A DNA stretch of 64,000 nt, taken from the NCBI RefSeq assembly GCF_036321535.1, contig NC_087436.1:76014001-76078000 (forward strand), in the 5' to 3' direction. Under the pieces are notes generated by a model. It saw only the letters and a list, made by a program, of their open reading frames with translations. It had not been told where the DNA came from and did not search any database. How positions within the stretch are numbered: the stretch's first letter is position 1; each line of letters begins with the position of its first letter. Source of the DNA: Camelus dromedarius. Taxonomy: Eukaryota. Shown piece by piece: positions 1-12,470 of this stretch. The position numbers were made by a program, and so were the translations under genes.

Positions 1-189
1 GCATAATTACTTATGTTAAAAATTCTCAAGTTTACTCTCTACCACACACTTAGAGCATCATCATATGAATCTCTAAGAACTTAAGTCTTACTTCTAATCT
101 CCTTTTCAAGAATGCTGAAGAATTCTCACTGAGGTTCTTCCTAATGTACTCCAACTGTCCCCCTGTAGTACCTCACCGTAATAGTGCTT

Positions 190-500
190 CTTTCATTTCC
201 CAATGTATTTCCCTTGCTAGGTGGAATATACTTACATGGCTTCAGCTACCAAGACAGTAAAAATTTTCAAATCACTATCACTGGTCTCAAACTCTGAGCT
301 AAATTCAGACCCTATCTCCAGCTTTACATCCCGCAGGTAACTCAAACTCAACAGGTCCAAGAAGAAATCCTTCCCAATTCAATTCCTCCTCCTCCACAAA
401 CTAAACAAACGAATCAACTGCTCTTACTTTCACAGTTGTGTTATCCCTGGCATTATCCCTCACCCAGCTGACAAAGCTGGGAACTTGGGAGTCCTCCTCT
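190..500 (+). mobile_element. Ancient L2 fragment
   Basis: Diverged L2-like motifs (ctcaaactcaacaggtccaa, ttcctcctcctcc). Boundaries approximate. Confidence 0.5.
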
Positions 501-585
501 ACAGTAAGGACTTGGATATTTACATGCTAAGGGTTACAGACAGAATTAAGAATGGGTCATTTTACAGAGAACTACATCTCAGAAA

Positions 586-755
586 GGGAGGGTATATAGC
601 TCAGTGGTGGAGCATGGGCTTAGCATGCCCAAGGTTCTAGGTTCAATCCCCAGTACCTCTGTTAAAAACAAACAAACCTAAATCACCCCCCCACCACAAA
701 AAGCTTAAAAAAAACCTAAGCTCTTCAAGTAAAAAGAAAAAGAAAAAGAAAAAAA
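586..755 (+). mobile_element. tRNA-Ala-derived camelid SINE (Vic-1 type)
   Basis: GGGAGGGTATATAGCTCAGTGG (A box) ... GGTTCAATCCCCAGTACCTC (B box), then an A-rich tail. Confidence 0.85.
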
Positions 756-777
756 TACACACAAAACATGTTTAAAA

Positions 778-1115
778 CGTGGAATCTATTAAAAAAAAAC
801 ACAAATGAACTTATTTACAAAACAGACACAGACTCACAGACATAGCAAATAAACTTATGGTTATGGGGAGTGGGGAAAGGGGGTGGGAAGGGATATTTTC
901 GGAGTTCAGGACTTGAGGATACTATTATGTATAAAATAATTAAACAACAAGTTTATACTGTATAGCACATGGAACTATATTCAATATCTTGCAGTAATCT
1001 ATAATGAAAAAGAATATGAAAATGAATATATGAATGTATATGTATGAATAAAACATTATGCTGTACACCAGAAATTGACACATTATGAACCAACTATACC
1101 TCAACTAAAAAAATT
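778..1115 (+). mobile_element. L1 3' UTR fragment (cetartiodactyl-type)
   Basis: gtggaatct...acaaatgaacttatttacaaaacag...gactcacagacatag...ctgtatagcac...ggaactatattcaatatcttg...gctgtacaccagaaattgacac, then poly(A). Confidence 0.88.
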
Positions 1116-1406
1116 TTTTGTAATGTAAAAACAGAAGTTAAAATAAATTTGATAAAATCTCAAAAAACAAAAGGATCATTTCACAGAGAAATACACCTCA
1201 GAAGAAAACAGCAGACTACTACTATTCATGCAAGGTGTGTTTGTTTATTTCTATGATGTGAAAATTATTGCATCATTCTGCAATTATAAATATGCTCTCA
1301 AATGACAGACCACCCACTTGGCCTTGATTACATTATTACTTTACCAAAGGGAATAAAATTGAAAAAGACCAAAAAATGGGAAAAATATTGACCACACTGA
1401 ACCTAC

Positions 1407-1604
1407 TTGTACAATAGGAGCACCGATTCCTCCATTGAGCCAAACCCAGTGAAGAGTAGGGATCACTCCATATCCGGAAACGGAGCAAAAGATGATGGAA
1501 CGGAGCCTCTGCCACTGCTGTGTGAGGTAACTGGGATGAATCTGCGCGAAGAACACTGCCAGGATCATTGCAAGCACTGTGATCAAGTACACTTGACGCC
1601 AATA
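1407..1604 (-). CDS. PAQR3: PAQR3 coding exon 4 (198 nt; YWRQVYLITVLAMILAVFFAQIHPSYLTQQWQRLRSIIFCSVSGYGVIPTLHWVWLNGGIGAPIVQ)
   Basis: Acceptor tttcctttccttccag| and donor CAA|GTAGGT; phase 0/0. Translation matches the PAQR3 TM region. Confidence 0.96.
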
Positions 1605-1829
1605 CTGGAAGGAAAGGAAATCACATTTTAATCGTTACCAACAATAATGGGAAGGAAGAGAGTTATTTTTAATTTTGGCTTCTACATTACACACTCCAAG
1701 CTCTATTTATTTGGTATTTTCATTTCCAAACATGATTGCCTTCCTTCCTTACAACAATGTGTGTGGTATACAACCGTGAGGTTTCTTAGGATGATAGGCT
1801 AGATCCCAAAGCGAGCTGACAAAGAACAC

Positions 1830-2400
1830 ATCCATTCATACAAAACCATTTCCTAAGTACCTATGATATGCCAGGGGCAACTTAAGTCCTGTAGAAACAA
1901 AGATGACTATGACCTGGGCTCTCTCAGTGGGTAAGCTCATGAGCTATGAGAGAGGCAGACATATAAACAAATGATTATGATCTAATAGTAAGTGCTGTAA
2001 CTGACTTATTAGAATAACTCTGACATCAGTGTTAAAAAATAGGGGGGGGAGGGTACAGCTCAAGTGTAGAGTGCATGCTTAGCATATACAGGGTCCTGGG
2101 TTCAATCCCCAGTACCTCCTCTAAAAACAATTAAGCAAACCTAACTACCTCCCCCACCGAAAAAAAAAAAAAAGGTGACAGGAAGCCAGGTAGACGATAT
2201 CAGGATAATTGATTCAAGGAGAAAACAGGAGCTTGGACGCTTGTTGAACAAGGAAGACAGATGTGAGCACCAGATTCAAGACACATTTTTGAAATAAACT
2301 AAAGTCTTAATGGCTGACTGGATGTGTGAAAGGGCAGTAGAGGATGACTCAACTGTTTCTAGTGTGAGAAGCCACAAAGATGGCTTCTATCAATGCAGCA
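1830..2400 (-). mobile_element. Ancient L2 fragment interrupted by a SINE
   Basis: L2 3'-end-like text in reverse (cattcata...aagtacctatgatatgccagg...aaacaaagatga; gaggatgactc). Boundaries approximate. Confidence 0.5.
2042..2173 (+). mobile_element. tRNA-Ala-derived camelid SINE (Vic-1 type)
   Basis: GGGGGGGGAGGGTACAGCTCAAGTGTAGAGTGCATGCTTAGCAT...GGGTTCAATCCCCAGTACCTCC, then poly(A). Similar to the copy at 586. Confidence 0.88.
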
Positions 2401-2577
2401 AACGGACAAAGATGATCTATGGGGGTGTGTTATGTGTGTGTGTGTGTTGGGGAGAGAATGGGAAAGCACAGAAGAATGTTCATTTAAAAATATACTAAGT
2501 TTGAAAGACTCACATAATATTTAAGTAAATGAGTGGTTGAAAAGCTGGCCTTGACTCTCAAAAGTTAGCATCACCTA

Positions 2578-2755
2578 GGGCAGAGTCCTTAACCTGGGCT
2601 ATCAAGGACTTCTCTGGGACTATTACACTTCCTGAAATTCATATGTCAGATTGGTCAGTTTATGCCCCAAAGCACACTACCCAGGATAGAGGGTCCAGTT
2701 TTCAATCTCATTCTCAAATTAGCCTGTGTTCCTTAAAAGGTAAAGAGTCACTACA
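2578..2755. mobile_element. Probable hAT-Charlie-type non-autonomous DNA transposon remnant
   Basis: Degenerate CAG..CTTAACCTGGG / AAGGTAAAGAGTCACTA terminal motifs. Family not pinned down. Confidence 0.4.
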
Positions 2756-4404
2756 GTACCTGAATATCTGGAAATGATTAGATACCAGAGGGAAAAAAAC
2801 CAATTTTTCCTTTAAATGATCATGGATTGTATTAGCTCTAACAGTTCTCTTTTTTTCTTTAATCTACTTTGGACTTGTAGTTTTTCTGAAAAGAGATTTA
2901 CAAAAAGTGTCCCATTAGTCTCTCTGATTATCAGATATGTTTGGGAAGAGGTAAACAAAAAACAGGTTTCAGGGAAATATAGAACAAGATAAGCAAACAA
3001 TTCAAATATTACATGACCGTACTCAACAAGTTCCTTTTTTTTTTTAAGATGTAAACAGTTTCATGCAAAATGAATAAGTTGTGAAAGGTAAGCAGATATA
3101 AATAGAGTTTATTACTAAAATCAAATCAATTTATAAGAAGGCTAATTGCATATATATTTAATTATATGCTTATCTTCCAAAGTAATCAGGCCTAAAAAGC
3201 AAATGGCTCATGTATAAGTGATTACAATTAATAATGTTCTTATGTTCAAACCAAATTTATGATTTTTTGCTTTGTGAGTTTTACGCTCCAACAGTGTGGA
3301 CAGTTCTATTATTGTGTTGCAACAAACATCCTACATAAGAACTCCCAACAGTCAGAGGAATCCCGTGCTGCAGCCAGTCCTCCCGGGAAGTGAAGGCTAG
3401 GGATATGGCTTGGATCACCTGCTGCACAGGGAGGGCTCGGGCAGGACAGGCTCTAGTCCTGTTACTGGAAGTGACTAGAAGGTATACCACTCCTAGGAGA
3501 GCAGCACAATCTTGGCTCTGAAAGAGCGGGAACTAAAAGGATAAAAGGGGGAAAAAAAGGGGGTATGGTAGGAGAGCAGGAGAAAAAGGTAGGGTTGATG
3601 GGGACTTTCTGAACAGAAGGCCTGGAGATGTACTGAGCCCAAGGGAAGAGTCAGTTTGCCTTCTTGGCTGAGTCATGGGGTGATGAGGTAGTTTGGTTGG
3701 CCATCATATTTAGATCAGCTGCTGTATAACCTGATCACAGTATTCAAATGCTGCTTTGCACAAGGCCAAAAATGACTTTTGCAACTTTAGGGTCAGAAAA
3801 CAGTTAATCTAGAACTCAGACAAATGTTTATTAAAGACACTCACCGGCCACTTGGTCTGTCTCTAGGCCTGCCTCCAAATATAAGACTAAGGAAAGGAAA
3901 ATGTATTTTTTGTATAAAAATATGGATCAACACCCTCACGGATAAACCTTCCTTTTTTTTTTTTTTTTCTACCACTGAGAGAGGAGCAAAGGATAAGAGG
4001 GAAAAATGGAAAAAAGCAGCCAGCTTCATAACTTTATCAAGTGTTAACTTTAAGTCTATAAATATAAAAAGAAAAGATGTAATGCACACCTGAGGAACCA
4101 TGTAGCTATACAGATTTAGTGGGGGAAATGTTACTAATTTAATATCACTAAGTTAAATATCAGAAAATAACTATATATACACATATGTATTTCTTTTCTA
4201 CGGAAAATTAGTAAAATGAGTAAAACTCATAACAGATGTTAGAGATCATAGGGCCCTTTTGAAAAATGAGTTTATGCCTACCTAAGACTCTACCACTTCT
4301 TATACAAGTTAATTATGTGCTTATTCATAAGTTCAAAGGAACCATGGCAAGAAAACCCAAGACCTATATGAAAGATAGAATGTAAAATGTTCTAAGTTAC
4401 TTAC

Positions 4405-4560
4405 ATTATTACAATAAAATGCATAAAATACTCCAGAGACATAACAGCCCAGTATTCCAATAGAAATTCCTGCATAATCTAATGCCATCCATCTTCGACA
4501 GGTTTTTTCTGATCGATGGCAGGAAAAAAGATGATAGCCCACAGAGCAAAGCATACAGAC
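4405..4560 (-). CDS. PAQR3: PAQR3 coding exon 3 (156 nt; VCMLCSVGYHLFSCHRSEKTCRRWMALDYAGISIGILGCYVSGVFYAFYCNN)
   Basis: Acceptor tcttccatag| and donor AAT|GTAAGT; phase 0/0. Contains PAQR motif SxxxH and the conserved Asp (LDYAGI). Confidence 0.97.
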
Positions 4561-4629
4561 CTATGGAAGATAAAACAAATCTTACAAAAGTGAAACAAAA
4601 AAAATTAAAGTAACTCATGCATGATGTTC

Positions 4630-4762
4630 AGGGAAGTGGTTAGGTCAAGCCCAGGCTTTTCAGCCAAACAGACCTGGCCTTGGATCCTAACTTTGTGTCA
4701 GGCAAGTTATGCCATTTCCCTAAGCCTCAGTTTCCTCAACAGTAAAATCAGGATAAAAATCA
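4630..4762 (+). mobile_element. MIR SINE fragment
   Basis: MIR core ggcaagtta...aagcctcagtttcctcaacagtaaaatcaggataa. Confidence 0.7.
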
Positions 4763-6558
4763 TAAAGAAAAAAGTCTAAAATGATAGCTATTTTATAATA
4801 CAAAAAACTTAGATGAATAGCATAGTAGTAGGAAATCTACTGAGAATTATTTTGATTCATGAATGTTTCCTTTTTAAAACTACTTACTATAGAAGTAATA
4901 CGTCTTTAAAAAAAAAATCAAAGAACATGGAAATGTATGATGTAAAAAAAAAGTCCCTCCTAGTCAATCTATTCCCCACTGAAAACATTTTTTATGTGTC
5001 CTTTCAGATACTTTCAATGAACATATCAAACATCTATGATACAGAAGTCTACACACATACATGAAAATATGATACATACTTTTTAAAATTAATCAAATGG
5101 AATCATACATTTTGTTCTGCTATTTACATTTTTCACTTAATTCAAGACTTAACATCTGTATGAGACTCATTGTATAGAGTTCATTTTTAAGTTAAAGTTA
5201 AACATGGCTTTGTTGTATTCAAGGAAAAATAATTATGACTTATGCTGACTTTAGATGTTGCCAAACTGAGAGCAAAGCTAATCTGATTCAATCAGCTGCC
5301 CTGAAGATTGATAAGGTTTCTATGGCTGAACTCCCTCTAGTCATTAAATACCTGCTGTGTGTCATGTGCTGGGGACACAAAGATGAAACCTCTACTCTCA
5401 AAGAGATTTTTCTGAAACAAGTGAACAAATGGTGATGTCGGAAGCCCCATAGGAAAAGTCACTGCAGAGCGCAGTTAGAAAATAGAGGAGGGAGGGGACG
5501 GGGTCTGTGGGTGCACATGTGTACTTAGAGGGATGGGAGTGGTGGGAGGAAAAGAGCTTCACACTGCACAGAAGGGGTGCCACCTGAGCTGGACTGAGGT
5601 TGACCTGGCATCCATCAAAGATATAAATAAAGGTGTGCACAGGTTTGCTGGAGGGCCCCCAGGAAAAGCAGCATATTGAAAAACAGAACCACTAAGGAAT
5701 GTCATGTGGACTTCTTCATGATATGATTATGACAAGTCCTCAAACAAGGAGTTTTAGCTTCACTGTTATGGGCTATGTGTGCTACTACTGAAGAGGTTAA
5801 GTGCACCTTTCAAAAAGCTAAGGCGAGAGGGTACAGGAGTAGCCCTGGAAGCAATGCCTAGAGCCTACACTACACCAGGGACAGTGGGGAATGGGGAAAA
5901 CGGGACAGGTAAATGGTCACCCAGCTATTCTACAGCTTGGCCTAGAAGAAACCCAATCAGTCCCCACGGCCTCAATATCAATATTCAAAACAAGCTTCCT
6001 AGCCACAATCTCATTTCTTCATCCACTATCTAAAATCCTTATTGGTCTGTGGCTTTGGTTATTAAGCTACAAATCAGAGTTTACAGACCCAATTACACAT
6101 AACTCTAAGAAGCTTGGTTATTTGTTTTCTCTGATTATCTTTGAGATTAAACACAGTAAATCCAGAGAACATCAAGGTGTATGTTCTCATTACAGGGAAA
6201 GACCTCATTGTTACAATGTTGGGTGACACAAAATAGCAAGCAGAGATGACCACAGCAGATAAAGAGGTACATAGGAATGTAGGCAGGCAAGTGTGAGCCA
6301 GCTGTGCATACACAAACGTCTGGAGGGATTCTAATCCAAATGTCAAATGTGGAAGTGTAATTTCAAATGTCTTTCACTTTCTTCCAAATACTTTTTTTGC
6401 TTGAATTTCTATATAAGTATAGTAATAGTAAGAAACAACAATAAAACTAATTTCATTGTGAAAAGGAAAATAAAAGTGGAAAGTGAAAAACTAAGCTATC
6501 AAAAGTAAAATATTTAGTGTTCATAAAGAACATTTGAGCTTTAAAAAAGTTAACCTAT

Positions 6559-7689
6559 GGAAACACAAAAGACTCCAAATAGCCAAAACAATCTTCAGAA
6601 AGAACAGGAATCATGCTCCTTAACCTCAGACTGTATTACAAAGCTATGGTAATCAAAATAGTATGGTACAGGCAGAAAACAGACACATAGATCAACGGAA
6701 CAGAACAGAAAGTCTAGAAATAAACTCATGCACTTATGGTCAATTAATCTATGACAAAGGAGGCAAGAATGCACAATGGAGAAAAGACAGTCTCTTCAAT
6801 AAGTGGTGCTGGGAAAACTGGGCAGTTACATGCAAAAGAATGAAATTAGAACATTCTCTAACACCACATACAAAAATAAACTCAAAATGGATTAAAGACC
6901 TAATTGTAAGACTGGATACTATAAAAGTCCTAGAGGAAAACACAGTGAGAACACTCTTTGACATGAATCACAGCAATATTATTTTGGATCCATCTCCTTA
7001 AACAAAGGAAACAAAAGTAAAAGTAAACAAATGTGACCTAATTAAACTTCAAAGTTTTTGCACAGCAAAAGAAAACAATAAAAAAAAAAATGAAAAGACG
7101 ACCTACTGAATGGGAGAAGATATTTGCAAATGATATGACCGATAAGGGGTTGATATCTAACATACATAAACAGCTCACATAACTCAACATCAAAAAAATG
7201 AGCAAATCAATTAAAAAATGAGCAGAACTGAACAGACACTTTTCCAAAGAGGAAATGCAGATGGCCAACAGACACGTGAAAAGATGCTCAACATTGCCAT
7301 TCATCAGGGAAACGAAAATCAAAATCACACTGAGCTGTCACCTCACACCTGTCAGAATGACTATCATCAAAAAAGAACACAAATAACAAGTATTGGCGAG
7401 GATGTGGAGAAAAGAGAACCTTCATACAGTGGTGGTGGGAATGTAAATTGGTGCAGTTACTATAGAAAACAGTATGGAGTTTCCTCAAAAAATTAAAAAT
7501 AGAACTACTATATAACCCAGCAATTCCACTCCTGGGTATATGCCCAAAAAGAGTAAAAATATAAATTCAAAGAGATACATGCACTCCAATGTTCATAGCA
7601 GCATTATGTACAATTGCCAAGGTATGGAAGACAACCTAAGTGTCCATCAACAGATGAGTGGATAAAGATATGGTGTGTACGTACACACA

Positions 7690-7727
<38 letters not shown>

Positions 7728-8043
7728 GGAGTACTATTCAGCTGTAAAAAAAGAATGAAATTTTGCTATATGCAATAACATGGATGAACTTGGAGGGCAT
7801 TATGCTAAGTGAAATAAGTCAGAGAAAGAGAAATCCTGTATGACATCACTTATATGTGGAATCTAAAAAATACAACAAACTAGTAAAGAAAAATAGTAAT
7901 CAGTGGGAAGGGGGAATGGGGGAGGGGTAACACAGGGGTAGAAGGAATAGGTTTATTATGGGATTATATGAAATCATGTGAGTGAAACTTCTGAAAATTG
8001 TAAAGCACTATAGAATTTAAAGGATCTTTCATTCAACTGGAAA
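6559..8043 (+). mobile_element. 5'-truncated L1 (ORF2 3' end + 3' UTR) in PAQR3 intron 2, antisense to the gene
   Basis: ORF2-like peptide ([27 protein letters not shown]...[14 protein letters not shown]), frameshifted. 16-bp TSD AAAAAAGTTAACCTAT at 6543-6558 and 8044-8059, at a TT/AAAA endonuclease site. Confidence 0.95.
7683..7725. repeat. (CA)n microsatellite inside the L1
   Basis: Direct reading of the sequence. Confidence 0.95.
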
Positions 8044-8214
8044 AAAAAAGTTAACCTATACTTAGTATGCTCTGTTTTAAAAGGGATATGTTGTTAGAGT
8101 TGCTTAAAAAACTGACTGAAAAATTATCTGGCATATTGAGTATGTTACTGTTTTCTGGAGAGTTTGTTTCTGTGAAATACCTTACTACATCAAGGTAGAC
8201 AGATGATTATAGTA

Positions 8215-8545
8215 TGACATCTTATATCCAAGCTCCTTGCCATCGTAACCAAATACCTCAAGATCTGGCTTCTGCCTATGTCTCCAGCCTCCTCTTGCTC
8301 CATTTTCCTAGCATCACACTACAAACACCTAAAGGCCAGAAAGTGCTAAGCTGTCCCTTGTTTCTGGGCCTTAAAACAAACCCTTTTTTCTGTTTAAACG
8401 CCCTGCCTCATTCTTCTTTCTGCTGGCCTATCTGGGTGACCTGATCTTTATGACAGGCTGGTTTTGTTCAGCAGCGTATCCTCGATGCCTAGCTTAGTGC
8501 CTGGATATAAATAGGAAGTATTAAAAAAAATTGTTGAAATGAATG
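8215..8545 (+). mobile_element. L2 3' fragment
   Basis: tctggcttctgcctatgtctccagcctc ... gtatcctcgatgcctagcttagtgcctgg ... ttgttgaaatgaatg. Confidence 0.6.
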
Positions 8546-10403
8546 TTTATAAACTCAATCCAAGGAAAGGCATTCTCAGATTCTATTCTTCTCTAAGATA
8601 GAAAAGAACTCTGGGAAAGTTCAAAGCCCCTGAAATTACAACCCACTATTCAGAAAGTTAATCTGGTTGGTAGAAAAGTACCAAGCATATAAAAAGAATA
8701 GAAGTGAAAAGAGAAAATATGCTATGCTTTTAAAAAATTAAGTGTAAATCAAAATAAATACATCTATTTGTGGTTTACCATGCTGCCTGCTGACTCTACG
8801 AATTTGGGAAAGTTGGGTGAACAAGAGATAAATATAATATAAAAATAAAAACAACATAAATTGTATTTTTCAGTAGAGAAAATGTGGTCATTTGTCTTTA
8901 GCAGGTTGCATACTAGCAGTTAGAACAAGATTTTACTGTCTTGCTGATCAATCCTCAGCAAGTCACTCTAACACTTTGGGTGTTTCTTCAGTGGCATCTG
9001 TTTTAATCACTTCATCTTCTCAGCTTTCTTAAACCACTATGAAAATTAATGTGCTCCCTGAACTAACACCAGCTGTGGCTAGGTGGTGAGGTGGTGAAGG
9101 GCAGGCCTAGGGGCAGAGGAAAGCATGTGAGATCCTCAAAGGAGATGATATCCATGTAACTAACAGTAGAGTATAAACCTGTTTTTCTATTAATGACTGT
9201 TAAGAGCAGTCTATAAAATACATCTAAAGATTTAACTATGAAGAAATTGATTCATTTCCATTTTAAAAATGCAGATAGATTCTAAGAGATGTTGAGGCTC
9301 CAATCAGGAAGAAACTTAAGCCTGAGACTCTTTTAAAGTACCATGTACACTCTTCATACTATAAAAAATACTTAAAGAATAATTTTCTAATTGTAACACA
9401 CACAAAAAAATACATAGTTTTTGTTCTCTCAAAGAAATTAAAAATATTATTCTAGAAACCAGAATTAGAAGAAAGGGGAGGGAGATGTTTCCAATGTGTT
9501 TCTTGGTCATTTAAGTCCAAAGTTTTGAGTCAAATGATAAAGGTCTGAAACTGACACACAAGGAAAGCAACAAGCAACACTGTGCAGCTGACTTAGCCCT
9601 TCCTCTCTCAGATTTGTTATAGATTTGCTACAGGGAGTGCTGGCTTTTGTTTGGAGGAAAGGGATGACAGCTTTTCTTTTCACTTTTATGGGTTTTCTGG
9701 GTACTCTCTGCATTTAAAAATTTTTTTTAAATCAACCAGATTTTGGTCCACATTTGTTTCCTTCTTTAGAATTACCTGTTTGAAAAATTATTAAACATAA
9801 CTTTTAAAGGAACTTTTAAAAATCCTTGAAGAAAAATGAAAGCGCTGAGGAGCTAACAAATATAAGAGGCAGAGAGGAGGAGAAACTGAAAATACATGAA
9901 ACTAGGCAAGTGTAAAAGGACGAAAGGAAATTAACATTAAAGTGACAGAAAAGATGAATAGCAGCAAAAGACATTAAAATTAAGATGGTATGGAAACAAC
10001 AAACATAAAAGTCACAGACATATAAACAGGAATAAGATGAGAAATCTTCCCAGGTAGGTTTTAAGTAGGCAACAGTGTTCTACTTCAGTAAGCAAACAGT
10101 ACAATCAGAGATTCTTATCTTTACGTACTACTCTTAAAGTAGAGAGGTCTAAAAAAAGAAAGGGTGTTTTCTCAATCCTTAAAACTTACTGGATTACAAA
10201 TATACTCTAATAACATCCAAATATACTCTCATAAAAGCATACTTTTGGTGCTTGTATAAAAGTGAATATTATGAAAGTGAATACGCTAACCTATATGCTA
10301 CTTTGTGGCTCTTGAAAGCAAGTGGTGAGTGTGAAGGGCACCTGCCCCAGCTTGTCTGACTAAAGTTCTCTGTACCAATAGTAGTGTTTGTGGAATGACT
10401 TAC

Positions 10404-10566
10404 CTGGAAGCAGAACAGACAAATAGAACAAATTACAAAATCTTCTCTGGACGCACTTGCTGAAGGTAACACAGATGTCATGTCATATATTCCCAGAGTG
10501 AAGAAGAGAAAGAAACCCAGCAAATGACTCCAGATGTTTACTGTCTCATTAGATAAAATAAACAAA
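10404..10566 (-). CDS. PAQR3: PAQR3 coding exon 2 (163 nt; (S)LFILSNETVNIWSHLLGFFLFFTLGIYDMTSVLPSASASREDFVICSICLFCFQ)
   Basis: Acceptor ttttgtttttccag| and donor CAG|GTAAGT. The split codon AG+T gives Ser. Contains PAQR motif ExxNxxxH and hydrophobic TM segments. Confidence 0.97.
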
Positions 10567-11309
10567 CTGGAAAAACAAAACAAAACACAAATGCAGCTCA
10601 GATTCATATCTGCTTGCTCGTTTGCTCGTTGTCAGCATGTAAAAGGTTAGGGACAATTTTCTGGGTTATCTAACACTTGCAACTTTAAGCCCTTAACCCC
10701 ATTTTTGCCATTTTAAGTTTGATACATCATTTAATCTTTCCACACCTCTATCAATCCTGAGAGCTTAGTTTTTTCTTGCTCACCTCTATTATATTTACCA
10801 TTTCCTTCCTCGATTAGAGTTATTTATGTATAAATTCCATCTCATCCTCCAGCTTATTAACTCCAGATGGCTGGTACCATTTATCTTTATGACACCACTG
10901 TTCCAAGCACAGCATCTTGCTCAGATTAGATGCTAAATGTCTACAGTAACGAATGTACAGATTAAAACTGGGCATTAGCTAGCGTACTCTGACTTTCAGT
11001 AATAGGTCTCTGAAAACTTGCTAAGTGTTAAGGGTAGACACAAACTTAAAACACCTTTTTAGTACTCATTTCATGCAAATAACAAAGTTAAATGGACTTG
11101 AGAGAAGCAGAATAAATACAAATTGATTCACTGGAAATCTCCTTTAAGACAGGCATGCTGTATCAATTTAGCTGTGGTTGTTTTGAAACCAAACTGGTTT
11201 TCAGGTGGAGTAAGTTTACACTTTTTAGGAACAACAAGTGTTTACTTTTCATATCAGTACTAACTGCCCTCTTTCAATTCGCCCTAACTGGTTTGAGTTT
11301 AAGTAGTGT

Positions 11310-11505
11310 TGGCAGCACAGGTCAGTGCAGAGTGTTCCGCAATGACCAGAAGTCAGGAGGCTCCGGGTCCCTTCACTCCCACCCTGGACAACAAATTAGC
11401 TCTGGGATCATAAGCAAGTCACTTAACCCCTCTGGCTTCAATTTCTCCATCTCTAAAACAAGGGAGGTGTATTAGATTCGGCCGCAAGTCCCTTCCAGCT
11501 CCTTC
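11310..11505 (+). mobile_element. MIR/MIR3 SINE
   Basis: gcaagtcacttaacccctctggcttcaatttctccatctctaaaac...gtcccttccagctc. Confidence 0.7.
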
Positions 11506-12229
11506 CTTAATTTTGTGAAGCGTTTCTCCAGCTGCGGACAACTGATTATTGAAAGGTGACATCATGACTAAAGATTAAAATGCTCTTGCATTTCTCTTGC
11601 AAAATCTAATCTTTTGTATAAACTAAAGTCTTTAACCATCACTGATTCAGAATTATCATTAGTAAGCACTAATGTATAACCCGAATACTGAATTTGCAGT
11701 CGTCACTATGGTTCTCATTTTCCCATGCTATAAACACAGCAGTGTCTCACACTATCAAACGATCATCAAGAATAAAGTGGATCTCGTATCATGAATTTCA
11801 GACTTTATCCTGTAGAAGCAGCAACTATAAAGACTATTTATCTTGGGGGCAGGGAGATGCAGGAATATGAGGAAACACATTTAACCACAGGACTGTTTGA
11901 CAGCCAATACCTTTTCATTTTGTGAAACCCAGTATAACCTGATTAATTGAGCGAAGAGACACAATCTTGGTATGCTCCTTTCAACTAACAGAGTACTGGC
12001 AGAACAGCTGTGACATAAAAAACATTTCCTTATATTCAAAATCTGTCCTCGTCCCTCTTGGCAGCTTAAAGAAGAGAGGGCAAAAGCTGAACTGGAAGAG
12101 TATCTCCAGTAGAGGATCTACTCCTGTTCCATGAGAATTTAGACCTACACTCTGTTCACCTTCAAAACCAACAATCAACTTCATCATTATCATCTGTTCA
12201 ACTTCAAATTCAATGATCATGGTGATAGC

Positions 12230-12470
12230 AAGTCACCATTTATTGAGTGCTTATTATGTGCCAGGCTCTGTGTAGCATTTTTCATACATAATCTCATTTA
12301 GTCCTTAGTAATTTCTGAAGAAGATACTGTAATTACCCTCATTTTTAAGAATAGAGAAATTAAGGCTGGGAGAGGTTAACTTTTGTTCAAGGTCCCTCAG
12401 CTGTTAGAGGCAGATCTGCATACCCAAGACTTTTTTTACTCAACAGCCCAAGATCTAAAGCATTATGTTT
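12230..12470 (-). mobile_element. MIR SINE
   Basis: atttattgagtgcttattatgtgccaggc...atctcatttagtcct...cctcattttt...gaaattaaggctgggagaggttaa. Confidence 0.78.

Noticed and set aside
586..660. tRNA-Ala-like sequences (also 2042-2120)
   Set aside because: They continue into a SINE body and A-tail and are diverged, so they are SINE heads rather than tRNA genes.
3280..3710. GC-richer island in intron 3 that might be an exon or pseudogene fragment
   Set aside because: No recognisable translation or splice pair; more likely a decayed LTR that I cannot classify.
6663..7496. ORFs with L1 ORF2 C-terminal-like peptides
   Set aside because: Frameshifted fragments of a 5'-truncated L1; not a host gene or an active element.
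10567..10607. In-frame ATG upstream of exon 2 (MNLSCICVLFCFS)
   Set aside because: Lies in the polypyrimidine tract region of intron 1; nothing indicates an internal promoter.
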